Source of the DNA: Bryobacterales bacterium
Lineage (GTDB): Bacteria > Acidobacteriota > Terriglobia > Bryobacterales > Bryobacteraceae
Direction: 5' to 3'
NCBI GenBank assembly: GCA_020847895.1
Contig: JADLBG010000642.1
Location: forward strand, 1-56,205
DNA length: 56,205 bases
This document shows, one piece after another, positions 44,795 through 53,273 of the stretch (positions within the stretch are counted from its first letter, which is position 1; the number at the start of each line of letters is the position of its first letter). The notes below the pieces were generated by a model. It saw only the letters and a list, made by a program, of their open reading frames with translations, was not told where the DNA came from and did not search any database. A program made the position numbers and the translations under genes.

Positions 44795-47700
44795 TTAAGC
44801 TCCTTCGCTGGAAGGGTTGTGAGCAGGACAGATGAAGAAGAATGGACATCGCGGGCATTCGCGATCGCTCCGCACAGGATGGAATCGGCCCTCGCGTATC
44901 CCTGTGATAGCTTCACCAAGCTTGCCGGTTTCGTTTGCGAGCTTCTTGGCGGACGCAGTCGAATCGCGGCGATCCCTAGTCAGGAGGGACACGTGGTGGA
45001 ACTCAACCTTGCGCCCCGGGTACTTCCTCTGGACAGCTTCTTGAATGGCAAAATATCGGAGCTTCCCCGATTCATCCTTGGCGAGGCTGGTCAGTTTCAG
45101 CCTATGAACCTCGATGGCAGTTGATAGCTGTCCGACATGGTCTGCCCGGCATGTCACGATGACATCGGTGCCCTGCACTGTCACCGTGAGCTCCAGGTCC
45201 AATGGGAGGGCTGTTCCGGTAATCAAGTCCGAAGCGTTTTCAGCTATCCGTTCAGCCGCTGCTCGGTAAATCTCCTCCATTGGATGACCAATCAAACGTC
45301 GATTCGCCCAATCGCCTTCAAGCTGCTTTGCCCGCCCGGCATCACGATCTGCTTTTGAAGGTGTCGATTGCATCCACGTAATCGTCCCCCGAATCGTACG
45401 ATGGAGATCCAGATAGGGTGTAGTCCTTCCTCCGCCATCAAGGTTTACGACGGCCTCATAGTAAAACCGCCGAGGACAGCTTAAGTAGGTTTCAAGTTCC
45501 GCGACTGACCACTTGTCTCGCTCGCTTGGTGGCCGAAAACGAACGCTTTCAGGCTCAGAGAGCCGGGACTTCGTCCAGTTCGGCTGGCCGTCCGGGGGCC
45601 TCGAAAGGTGATTTCCGATCTGGACCAAAAAGTCTGACGGTCCAACGCTCTTCCACGCACCTCCGCCGTAGGCCACTGCTCGCGAAAGATGCAGTTCGTT
45701 CATCGCCCGCGAGATCGCAACGAAGAAGAGACTCTCCTCCTCTGCCGCCCTCGACATCAGGGCATCTTCGTCTACGAGACCAGGAGGGAGGGTGTTCGGG
45801 TCTTCCCGGTTGTAGGGAAAATGGCGAGCGCTCAGCCAGGGTATGTGCACAATCGGAAACTGAAGCCCTTTGCTCGCATGTACCGTCATCATTCGCACAG
45901 CATCCAACCCAGCGGCTGCCGCCGGAAGCTGTCGCAGTTGCTTCTCCTCGTCTAGGATCTCCAAACGCCGGATGTGTTCGAGGAGGGCCTTCTTAGGGTC
46001 CTGCTTGTGTCCACTACGGAACGCAAATGCGAACTGCAAAAGCTGGTAGATGGCCAGTCGTTTTTGCTGACCTCCGACTGATCTGTCTTCGAAAATCTCC
46101 TTGAGAAAGGATTCATCTCGGAACATGAATCGGAGCAGAAAAGCGTGCGCCCGTGTCGCAAAACTAACCGGCCCCAAGTCTGACTTGAGGCGCTCTAGAC
46201 TAACCCTGGCTGAGGTCGAGATTGGCACTTCATCCAGCCTCCCGAGCGCAGCCAGCATGGTCACGTCATTCGTTCTCCGCCATTCACTCAACGCCTGAAG
46301 ATCCTCGATGGCGATCCGGTACTGGGGAAGCTGCGTAATGCGAAACATCCCAAGTCCCTGCTTCTCCGAGACGACTGACAGGAGCGAGAGAACTTCGCGA
46401 ATCTCGGCACGTTCGAAGAAGTCGCCAAAGTACAGACACGGTATCCCACTACTTTCGAGGTGCCTCGCAAGACGAACGAGGGAGCCGTGCGATCTGGCAA
46501 GAATCGTATGCCTTCCATAGCTGCCACCACGCTCTACGTCCGCCCGAATCTTCGCTGCAACGCCTTCGCACTCCGCCTCGACCGTACTAGCGATGTCGAG
46601 TTCCACGCTGCCGATAGACTCACCCCGCTGAGCTTCGAGTTTCACAGCTGAACCCAGCACCCGTGTAGTCATCGAACGTTCGAAGGTCTGAAAGGTGCGT
46701 ACGATGCGACCACCCGACCTGTAGTTCACACCGAGATCAGTCCCACTCGCTCCAGGGAAGTCGTCGGCGAAACGAGCCATGTTGAGCGGCGATCCGCCCC
46801 GAAACCGATAAATCGCCTGCTTAACATCGCCTACTACCCATGGACCCATACCTGGCTCAACCAAATCACGGAGGAAGAAGCCGCTGGCTCGATTCATGTC
46901 CTGGTACTCATCCACCAAAACATGCTTACGCTCCGCACGGACAAGGGCTCGTACATCAGGCTTTGCCCTCAGCAGTTCCACCGGGCGGGCGATGAGATCG
47001 CCGAAATCGACGAGCCCTTTGGCGTGCTTCGCGGCCTCGTAGACCTTGAATGCGCGTGCTACCTCAATCGCAGCTCGCCGGTCTGTTTCATCATCAATAC
47101 GAGTTGCGGCCTCATGATATTGCTCCGGCGTCACGAGTTCATCTTTTGCCCGCGATATCAACGCGAAGACGGTTCGCAGCTTTGCGACTGGTTCATAGAG
47201 GTCTAGATAGTGATCGAGTCCAATCTGGCCAGCAAGTTGCTCCAAAAGATCAAGCGAGCTGCTACGGTCAATGAGTCTCGGTTCGGGAAGCTCAATCTCA
47301 CTACCGTGCTTTCGCAACAGCTCAAGTCCAAACGCATGAAATGTCCCCACCCAGATACCAGCGGCCTTTTCCCGAAGCTCGGCCCGAATGCGCTTCGCCA
47401 AATCCTGAGCCGCAAAATTAGAGAACGTGAGAACAAGAATGGCACTCGGGTCCTCGCCATTCTGGATCAGCCATTTCACCCGACCGACTAGCGTGCGAGT
47501 CTTGCCCGTGCCGGGACCGGCTCCGACCCTAAATGGTACTCGCCCAGCCGTGATCGCTTTTACCTGAGTCGGATCAGGCTCAGGCTCTGGCTCCGAGCTT
47601 CTCGCTTCAACAGGTTCTTCAGGAAGGAGGAGAGCATCTGCGAGTTGTTGCAGAACGAGGTCGAGCGGCACCCCTACCACTCCCGCAATCTCCTCTGCAT

Positions 47701-48166
47701 TGAAGCTGCCACCCGAACTCAGCGCCCGAAGTTTTTCCCGAGGGAGAAGAAATTCTCTCGCGTACAAGTTTGCTTGGGCTTCGGCCCGTTCCTTGGGGCT
47801 ATAGGCATCAGATTCACCAACGAGTGACATCTCCGGTTCGGCTGGAGTGCCAAGGTCCAAATCGGACGAATCGCACTTGATCAGAACTTCGTCGAGCCAG
47901 AAGTGCGCATACTCATGCGCCACGTGAAATGCTGCTAACCGAGGATCGGTGACATTCGAATACAGGATCTTTTTCAGTTCGCGATCTAGCGCAGCCTCTG
48001 CGCCGTCAAGAAGCGCGTCACTAGCAGCACAGGCTTCACTTACGATCCCAGTCGTCTGGGCAGCGGCCATCAACAGTTCGCTCGCCGGCACGATTGCCGT
48101 GGCATCCGCACACAGCGAATAGTGCCTTAAGCGTGCCTGCTCTCGAACCTCTGCCCAGATGCTCAT
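44795..48166 (-). CDS. fusion protein: ImmA/IrrE-type metallopeptidase + UvrD/Rep SF1 helicase + C-terminal Cas4/AddB-like PD-(D/E)xK nuclease with a Cys cluster
   Basis: HEYAHFWL (HExxH) and AQANLYAREFLLP. Walker A GAGPGTGKT, DEYQD, VNYRSG, TVHASKGLQFP. C-terminus has YLSCPRRFYY ... CPRCPFFFICP. Confidence 0.85.
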   Translation of the reverse strand: MSIWAEVREQARLRHYSLCADATAIVPASELLMAAAQTTGIVSEACAASDALLDGAEAALDRELKKILYSNVTDPRLAAFHVAHEYAHFWLDEVLIKCDSSDLDLGTPAEPEMSLVGESDAYSPKERAEAQANLYAREFLLPREKLRALSSGGSFNAEEIAGVVGVPLDLVLQQLADALLLPEEPVEARSSEPEPEPDPTQVKAITAGRVPFRVGAGPGTGKTRTLVGRVKWLIQNGEDPSAILVLTFSNFAAQDLAKRIRAELREKAAGIWVGTFHAFGLELLRKHGSEIELPEPRLIDRSSSLDLLEQLAGQIGLDHYLDLYEPVAKLRTVFALISRAKDELVTPEQYHEAATRIDDETDRRAAIEVARAFKVYEAAKHAKGLVDFGDLIARPVELLRAKPDVRALVRAERKHVLVDEYQDMNRASGFFLRDLVEPGMGPWVVGDVKQAIYRFRGGSPLNMARFADDFPGASGTDLGVNYRSGGRIVRTFQTFERSMTTRVLGSAVKLEAQRGESIGSVELDIASTVEAECEGVAAKIRADVERGGSYGRHTILARSHGSLVRLARHLESSGIPCLYFGDFFERAEIREVLSLLSVVSEKQGLGMFRITQLPQYRIAIEDLQALSEWRRTNDVTMLAALGRLDEVPISTSARVSLERLKSDLGPVSFATRAHAFLLRFMFRDESFLKEIFEDRSVGGQQKRLAIYQLLQFAFAFRSGHKQDPKKALLEHIRRLEILDEEKQLRQLPAAAAGLDAVRMMTVHASKGLQFPIVHIPWLSARHFPYNREDPNTLPPGLVDEDALMSRAAEEESLFFVAISRAMNELHLSRAVAYGGGAWKSVGPSDFLVQIGNHLSRPPDGQPNWTKSRLSEPESVRFRPPSERDKWSVAELETYLSCPRRFYYEAVVNLDGGGRTTPYLDLHRTIRGTITWMQSTPSKADRDAGRAKQLEGDWANRRLIGHPMEEIYRAAAERIAENASDLITGTALPLDLELTVTVQGTDVIVTCRADHVGQLSTAIEVHRLKLTSLAKDESGKLRYFAIQEAVQRKYPGRKVEFHHVSLLTRDRRDSTASAKKLANETGKLGEAITGIREGRFHPVRSDRECPRCPFFFICPAHNPSSEGA

Positions 48167-48792
48167 TTGCTACTCCGCTTTTCATTCTCGACAATCCTAA
48201 TCCAGTAAGCCTTATCTTCATCTGAAAGCGTAGAGTTCCGAACGGCATCCAAGAAAGTTTCGGTGGTGGGCAACGGCCTCTGTTTTGCCTTGAATTGTGC
48301 GGCTGCATTACGTAGCGGCGGACCACCAGCTATCATGCTGCGAACTGCTTCTGCGGGAGCCTCAAGCTGCTCTCCCAGCACTTCGAAGAGATGGCCAGGC
48401 AACTCAGTTAGCCTTCTCAAATCAAGCTTCTTCACGAACTTCAAATCGAGTCGGACGTTGGCGGCCATCTTTTCGGCACTTATTCCGACTGCGGCGATTG
48501 CTTTCAGCAAGGTCCTCGCAGTGTCCCTCTTGGTAGGCTGAGGATTCTTTTCCCGTCGGTGTAGGATGTCGAGCGCGTGACTGACCGCAAGATTGGATAA
48601 ACGTTCAGCATCAATCTCCGGTTCCTCTAACCGTTCCGCCTGAATTGCCCACTGCGCAAAGAACTCCGACAGCTCCTGCTTGAATTGCGGATACTGTTCA
48701 ATCCAACGTGTCAACGCACGGTAGTTCGGCTCTGATTCCTCCAGCATGAGGGAATCTAGGATGTAATCAAAATCAACTGGCTGAGTATTCAT
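48163..48792 (-). CDS. hypothetical protein, possible HTH partner
   Basis: 209 aa. ATGA overlaps at both ends. The central LLKAIAAVGISAEKMAANVRLDLKFVKKL segment is HTH-like. Confidence 0.4.
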   Translation of the reverse strand: MNTQPVDFDYILDSLMLEESEPNYRALTRWIEQYPQFKQELSEFFAQWAIQAERLEEPEIDAERLSNLAVSHALDILHRREKNPQPTKRDTARTLLKAIAAVGISAEKMAANVRLDLKFVKKLDLRRLTELPGHLFEVLGEQLEAPAEAVRSMIAGGPPLRNAAAQFKAKQRPLPTTETFLDAVRNSTLSDEDKAYWIRIVENEKRSSK

Positions 48793-49628
48793 AGCTGCAC
48801 CCCAAGCGCTGTTCGTATGCTTTCAAGCCCTTTCATGATCCAATTTCTAATCTGGCGCGGTGAGACACCAAATCTCGTAGCTAGAGTCGGAACGTCGGCG
48901 TTCTCCGACTCGATAGGCCAGTCATGTCCATAGCGAAGCAGCAAGGCTTCAAAATGGCGGGGATCCTTTACGGCTGCGCGAGCCTTGTCGAGCATCTCCC
49001 GGCGGCTCGCCAAACTATCCAAGCGAAGCAACTCTTCAAGACCATTCAGCCTCAGGTCGGGAAGGTCGGACTCTTGCGTCGTAACACCGGTCGATAGGGA
49101 GACAGGCCGCAGGCGTTGAGCCTTCGCGACGAGTTTGATCGTCCTGCGTTTCACCGCTTCTGAAAACGCAACTTCTAGAAAATCACTCCCAAGCGAAGGC
49201 TGCTCCGCGAGGACAAATTCGATAATGTCCCGCTGAATCGTCTCTATGATTCTGTCCGCTTCGACCTGGCTGAAACCTCTCGCCCAACGAAGAACAACGG
49301 ACTGGACTCTCTTGCTTAACTCGAAGATCAGGTCCCCAGCCGTGTTACGGTCGTACCGCGCGACATACCGGATGAGATGGATAAGTACTTCGGCTGGAAG
49401 ATCCTTCTTCGCTTCCTGAACCCATCGCGTAGGATCGTCGCGGAATACGGATGCGATCCGCTCCTCAATATCTCGCCGCCTCACGTACACCTTGCCGTTC
49501 GGACGGAGGACCGTTAGCGGCGGAACATGGTACGCCCTGGCGGCACCGGGTGATGTCGGCAATAGGCTCATACTCTTTTCAACCGGCGGCCAGCCAATTC
49601 CGGAAGTCTTTCGTAAAGAAATTTTCAA
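48789..49628 (-). CDS. sigma-70/ECF-like factor homologue
   Basis: Region-4-like PTLATRFGVSPRQIRNWIMKGLESIR and a region-2-like helical block. Alternative start at MSLLPTS. Confidence 0.45.
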   Translation of the reverse strand: MKISLRKTSGIGWPPVEKSMSLLPTSPGAARAYHVPPLTVLRPNGKVYVRRRDIEERIASVFRDDPTRWVQEAKKDLPAEVLIHLIRYVARYDRNTAGDLIFELSKRVQSVVLRWARGFSQVEADRIIETIQRDIIEFVLAEQPSLGSDFLEVAFSEAVKRRTIKLVAKAQRLRPVSLSTGVTTQESDLPDLRLNGLEELLRLDSLASRREMLDKARAAVKDPRHFEALLLRYGHDWPIESENADVPTLATRFGVSPRQIRNWIMKGLESIRTALGVQL

Positions 49629-49767
49629 TCGAACGTTTCAGAAGACGCAAATGGCTTCCTTCCAATAGGTTAGCTCCGAGCGGATTCTGCCACTACTCTC
49701 CCGCCGGTGGCAGCGAAACAGGCACGACGCGAAAAGGGGGCAACGCTGCCGCAACCCATATGGGTAT

Positions 49768-49783
49768 TTACCCACATACCCAC
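49768..49783. repeat. iteron TTACCCACATACCCAC (copy 1 of 3 perfect copies)
   Basis: Identical 16-mers at 51269-51284 and 51548-51563. The adjacent palindrome is ACCCATATGGGT. Confidence 0.7.
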
Positions 49784-49800
49784 ATGGGGAGACATGCTTG

Positions 49801-50280
49801 CTACTTCACTCTGCGCGGCGCGTTTCCATTGATGTCGAACGCACGGAAGATGAGCTGGCCCACTTGGGCTTCGTACTCGCGGAACGCCTCTACATCTCCA
49901 TTCGAAGGTCGCTCAAGCCCAGCAAGTTTTTGTGCTGCTCGGAGAAATTCCGTCTTCTGCGCGAGGGCGGCAAGGAGGAGCCCTCGGTTGAAGATGCTGA
50001 ACTGAATATTGTGCCCGACGATGTCCGCTATGTCGCGAAGCATGTCGGTGATCTCCCGTTTCTCGTCGTATTCGAGGAGAGTCTTCAGATGGGCTAGCTT
50101 CTTTTTCCGGCTATCAATCGGACGCTTCACAGGTGGAATTGGAAGCTCCGTTACAGGGAGACTCGGTTGAGGCCTCTCCACGGGAGGTGGCTCTGGAAAG
50201 CGGGTTATTGCACCGCGCTGAAGGGTGCTCGTGAGATCAACCTTCGAAACTGCGTTCGAACGAAAACTTGGTTTTGACAT
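49801..50280 (-). CDS. hypothetical protein downstream of parA (possible centromere-binding partner)
   Basis: Lies 12 nt downstream of parA on the same strand. Pro-rich N-terminus, helical C-terminus. Assigned by position only. Confidence 0.35.
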   Translation of the reverse strand: MSKPSFRSNAVSKVDLTSTLQRGAITRFPEPPPVERPQPSLPVTELPIPPVKRPIDSRKKKLAHLKTLLEYDEKREITDMLRDIADIVGHNIQFSIFNRGLLLAALAQKTEFLRAAQKLAGLERPSNGDVEAFREYEAQVGQLIFRAFDINGNAPRRVK

Positions 50281-50291
50281 ACTCCCCTCCC

Positions 50292-51206
50292 CTACTCGTT
50301 CGCCGCACGTTTCTGTTCATCTGCTTGGCCGCGCGTCATGCCGAAGAGCGATTCGAAGTTCTTCAGCCGAGTCTCGATTTCCTCAGCCAGTGCTTCATAC
50401 TCGGCACAGGCGCGTGAATTCGCGCGATAGTCGAAAATGGTCTGCGCCGCGTACGGTGCCTCTTCTATCGCGATCGTCTTGCTGATGTGGTTTTGAAATC
50501 CGAGCTTGACCGTCTTCTTGTTTTCGAGAGTCGCCCGGAACTCTTCGTCTACAAACTGGACGATGTCCTTTGAGAGTCTCGTCCGGACATCAACCTCAGT
50601 GAGCACCACTCCTAAGAGCCGTCCCTCCGCACCAAATTGTTTCACTTGTAGAAGATCCTGAACCGCATCCGAAAGGGAGTCCATCGCGGTCTTCCCAGGA
50701 CGCGCTGTGAGGATGAACCAGGGGACGGTGTTGTAGGCGATAACGGTGGGTGTGGTCAGATTCGGCGCAGTGTCGACGAACACGTAATCGAAGGATGAGC
50801 GAAGGTCGGCAAGCGCTCGGGCAAAATTCTTTTCCGGTCGGATACTCGGACGCTGCGCAATGACTTGATCCAGGCTCTCAAGGCTTCGGCTCGCCGGTAT
50901 TATGGCAAATCGCTCGGGGAGATGAACGACAGCCTCGGTGCCGTTCAACAGGGTCTGGAACTCGGCCTTTATAATGCACTCACTGGCCTCGGCCTCTCCC
51001 GTGAAGATGTCGAACGTGGAGCGGAATGCTTCCTCAGGAACGGAGAACGTACGAGTCAGGCCGCGGTTGTTATCAACGTCGACAAGGCAAACCGACCTGC
51101 CCTTTCGCGCGAGGGCGGCGGCGACGTTGATCGTCGTGGTCGTTTTCCCGACACCCCCTTTTTGGTTCCCGAAGGCGATGAGCCTTCCGAGTGCTGGTCT
51201 GGCCAT
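50292..51206 (-). CDS. parA: ParA/Soj-family partition ATPase
   Basis: Deviant Walker A GNQKGGVGKTTT. DVDNNRGLT; VFVDTAPN. Confidence 0.9.
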   Translation of the reverse strand: MARPALGRLIAFGNQKGGVGKTTTTINVAAALARKGRSVCLVDVDNNRGLTRTFSVPEEAFRSTFDIFTGEAEASECIIKAEFQTLLNGTEAVVHLPERFAIIPASRSLESLDQVIAQRPSIRPEKNFARALADLRSSFDYVFVDTAPNLTTPTVIAYNTVPWFILTARPGKTAMDSLSDAVQDLLQVKQFGAEGRLLGVVLTEVDVRTRLSKDIVQFVDEEFRATLENKKTVKLGFQNHISKTIAIEEAPYAAQTIFDYRANSRACAEYEALAEEIETRLKNFESLFGMTRGQADEQKRAANE

Positions 51207-51244
51207 GATCTAAATCCTGAATGCTCGACGACCGGCGAGAGTAT

Positions 51245-51590
51245 GCGCCCAGATGGGTTCATACCAACTTACCCACATACCCACCGTCGTTCGCCGGAGG
51301 ATGAGAGAACCGCGGAACTCTCGCAACGGGGAATCTTCTGAAGGCCAGGAGAACGTGGCATTTGACCCATATACCCATCTGGGTATCGAACCATGTGGGC
51401 AACACTTGCCGAAAGTCACCGCGATTCACTTTGCCCATGTGGGTTTGTGGGTACTATCCCTTCTTCCCTCTTACCCACTTTCCTTCCAGGGAGACCTCGC
51501 GCAGCGATGCAACCGTTCGTGAGCACTGGCTTGTCCTATATACCCTGTTACCCACATACCCACTGGCCCACCATCCCATATACCCATCAG
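51245..51590. repeat. iteron-rich non-coding region between parA and the Rep-like gene
   Basis: Perfect TTACCCACATACCCAC at 51269 and 51548. Variants: ACCCATATACCCATCTGGGTAT (51365-51386), inverted CCCATGTGGGTTTGTGGGTA (51434-51453), TTACCCAC (51471), CCCATATACCCAT (about 51574). Confidence 0.7.
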
Positions 51591-51715
51591 CAAATTATTG
51601 ATTGCGGGACCTAAGACCGTACGGAACAACGAGTTTTAAGTGCGTTAAATCCTTGTACGCACAACCGAAACCAAGGAGGAAGGAAAGGCAGAACACCAAA
51701 ATCTGGGCACAAAAA

Positions 51716-51735
51716 AACCAGCCTGCAAGCTGGTT
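51716..51735 (-). terminator. hairpin followed by a U-tract on the minus strand
   Basis: AACCAGC-CTGCAA-GCTGGTT preceded on the plus strand by an A7 run (51711-51717). Read on the minus strand this is a stem-loop plus U-run. Confidence 0.4.
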
Positions 51736-51894
51736 CGTTTGTGGTGGGCACCGACAGCGGCCACTCTTTCAAGACTGTGAACAGGTCAAAGAGTACAGCC
51801 GCCATCCTCGTCCGTCAATCGCGTTTTTCAGCGCGAGCGTATTTTTGCGTCCTCTCGTCGGGATTCTGCCTCCAGGAATGGAGGAATAGGGGAA

Positions 51895-53154
51895 GTGCAT
51901 CTTCAAGACGGTTACAAACTGATTCGAGCCGAGCAGCTCGCCGGGGCGGTTGCGGCCTTCAGCAAACGAAAGATCTCTTTTCGGTCATTTCGGGCTTACG
52001 TCGCCTGCCTGGAGCTTCTTGCGATTAGAGAAGCCGCAGACCGCTCAGCCACGGTGCGCGGCAGGAACCGGCAACGCCTATTCCGCCGAGCTGAGGTCGA
52101 AGCGCTTCTTCGTCTACCGGAGGGCATGTCCGTCTCGCGGGAACTCTCGTCGCTCACCAAGGCCGAACTCCTTCGATTCAGCGACACCGGAATTGAACTG
52201 GGGACTGGCACACTCGAAAACTTTGACCTCGCTTCGCTGATCGGGAGTAGGGGAGGTAAGCGCCTCATCCCGGTGCCCCGCCAGGTACTCCGTTTCCTTG
52301 CGAGCTGCACCCGTCCAGCACTCGCGAAAACAATCGTTGCCTACCTTCTCCGCGGACTATCCCTAGACCGCTCCGGCCAAATGCGCAGCGCCGGAACGGT
52401 TAAGATCTCCTGGATATGCAAGACCTGCCGGATATCTGAGCGGGCAGCGCGATCAGCCCGTGCCGCACTCATTCAACTCGGCTGGATTACAAAAGACACG
52501 GGCTCATTTCAGCGGAAGCTCAATCGCGATGGTGCATACTTCGTCATCAACGCATCCTGGAGGCGCGTCGCGAATCAATCTGCACCCCGAGAGCCCGAAA
52601 AATGCACCCAATCTGCACCCCCAAGAGAAAAACAAGAAACTCCTTACGGATCTAAAAACCAGAAATCCGCTTTCGCGGCGTCTGGTGTTCGAACGGAACG
52701 TTCAAGGCCCGCAACTCTTCGCGACATTCAGCCGGAGGACCTCAAAAAACCTGAACGCTTGGAAAAGCTCTACCGGGAGGCCGTCAGTGCTGGCTGGATT
52801 GAGCACAGCGAGGCCAGCGTTCGGAACTTCGTATGTGCCGCCCTTCGCGCAACGCGCACCGGCGGAAGGGTAGGAGCCATTTTCGTCGGAATTGTTCGCA
52901 AACGTCTCTGGCACCACATCAGCCACGAACAGGAAGATAGGGCTCTCGCCGTCCTCCGGCAGTATCAGAGCCAGCACCTTGGCGGGTTCGCACCAGGGGC
53001 CGGTCGGACGCTTTCCGATTTCGATCCTGTCCAGAGTCTGGTCTCGACTGCTCTTGAGAAATCACACCAGGCCACTCTGGACAGAACCTTAAAAACCGAA
53101 GCTGAGCGCCGTCGAGAACTACAGCGCCAGGCTAACGTGACCTTTCGCCGGTAA
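51895..53154 (+). CDS. putative replication initiator-like winged-helix protein
   Basis: GTG start. wHTH-like ISERAARSARAALIQLGWITKD. Sits next to the iterons and parA. No firm family match. Confidence 0.35.
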   Translation: MHLQDGYKLIRAEQLAGAVAAFSKRKISFRSFRAYVACLELLAIREAADRSATVRGRNRQRLFRRAEVEALLRLPEGMSVSRELSSLTKAELLRFSDTGIELGTGTLENFDLASLIGSRGGKRLIPVPRQVLRFLASCTRPALAKTIVAYLLRGLSLDRSGQMRSAGTVKISWICKTCRISERAARSARAALIQLGWITKDTGSFQRKLNRDGAYFVINASWRRVANQSAPREPEKCTQSAPPREKQETPYGSKNQKSAFAASGVRTERSRPATLRDIQPEDLKKPERLEKLYREAVSAGWIEHSEASVRNFVCAALRATRTGGRVGAIFVGIVRKRLWHHISHEQEDRALAVLRQYQSQHLGGFAPGAGRTLSDFDPVQSLVSTALEKSHQATLDRTLKTEAERRRELQRQANVTFRR

Positions 53155-53273
53155 GCACTTGAAGTTGATCCAAATTTACTCGCAGGCCAATCTCGCCACT
53201 ACCCATTGCGGCGAGATTGAAGGTGTCACCCTATACTTCAACGCATTTCGTTGTAGATTGAATCGATAGTCCG

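Noticed and set aside
51245-51600. Repeat array considered as a CRISPR array.
   Set aside because: The repeat unit is only 16 bp, the copies are in both orientations with irregular spacing, and no cas genes are present. It fits iterons/centromere sites better.
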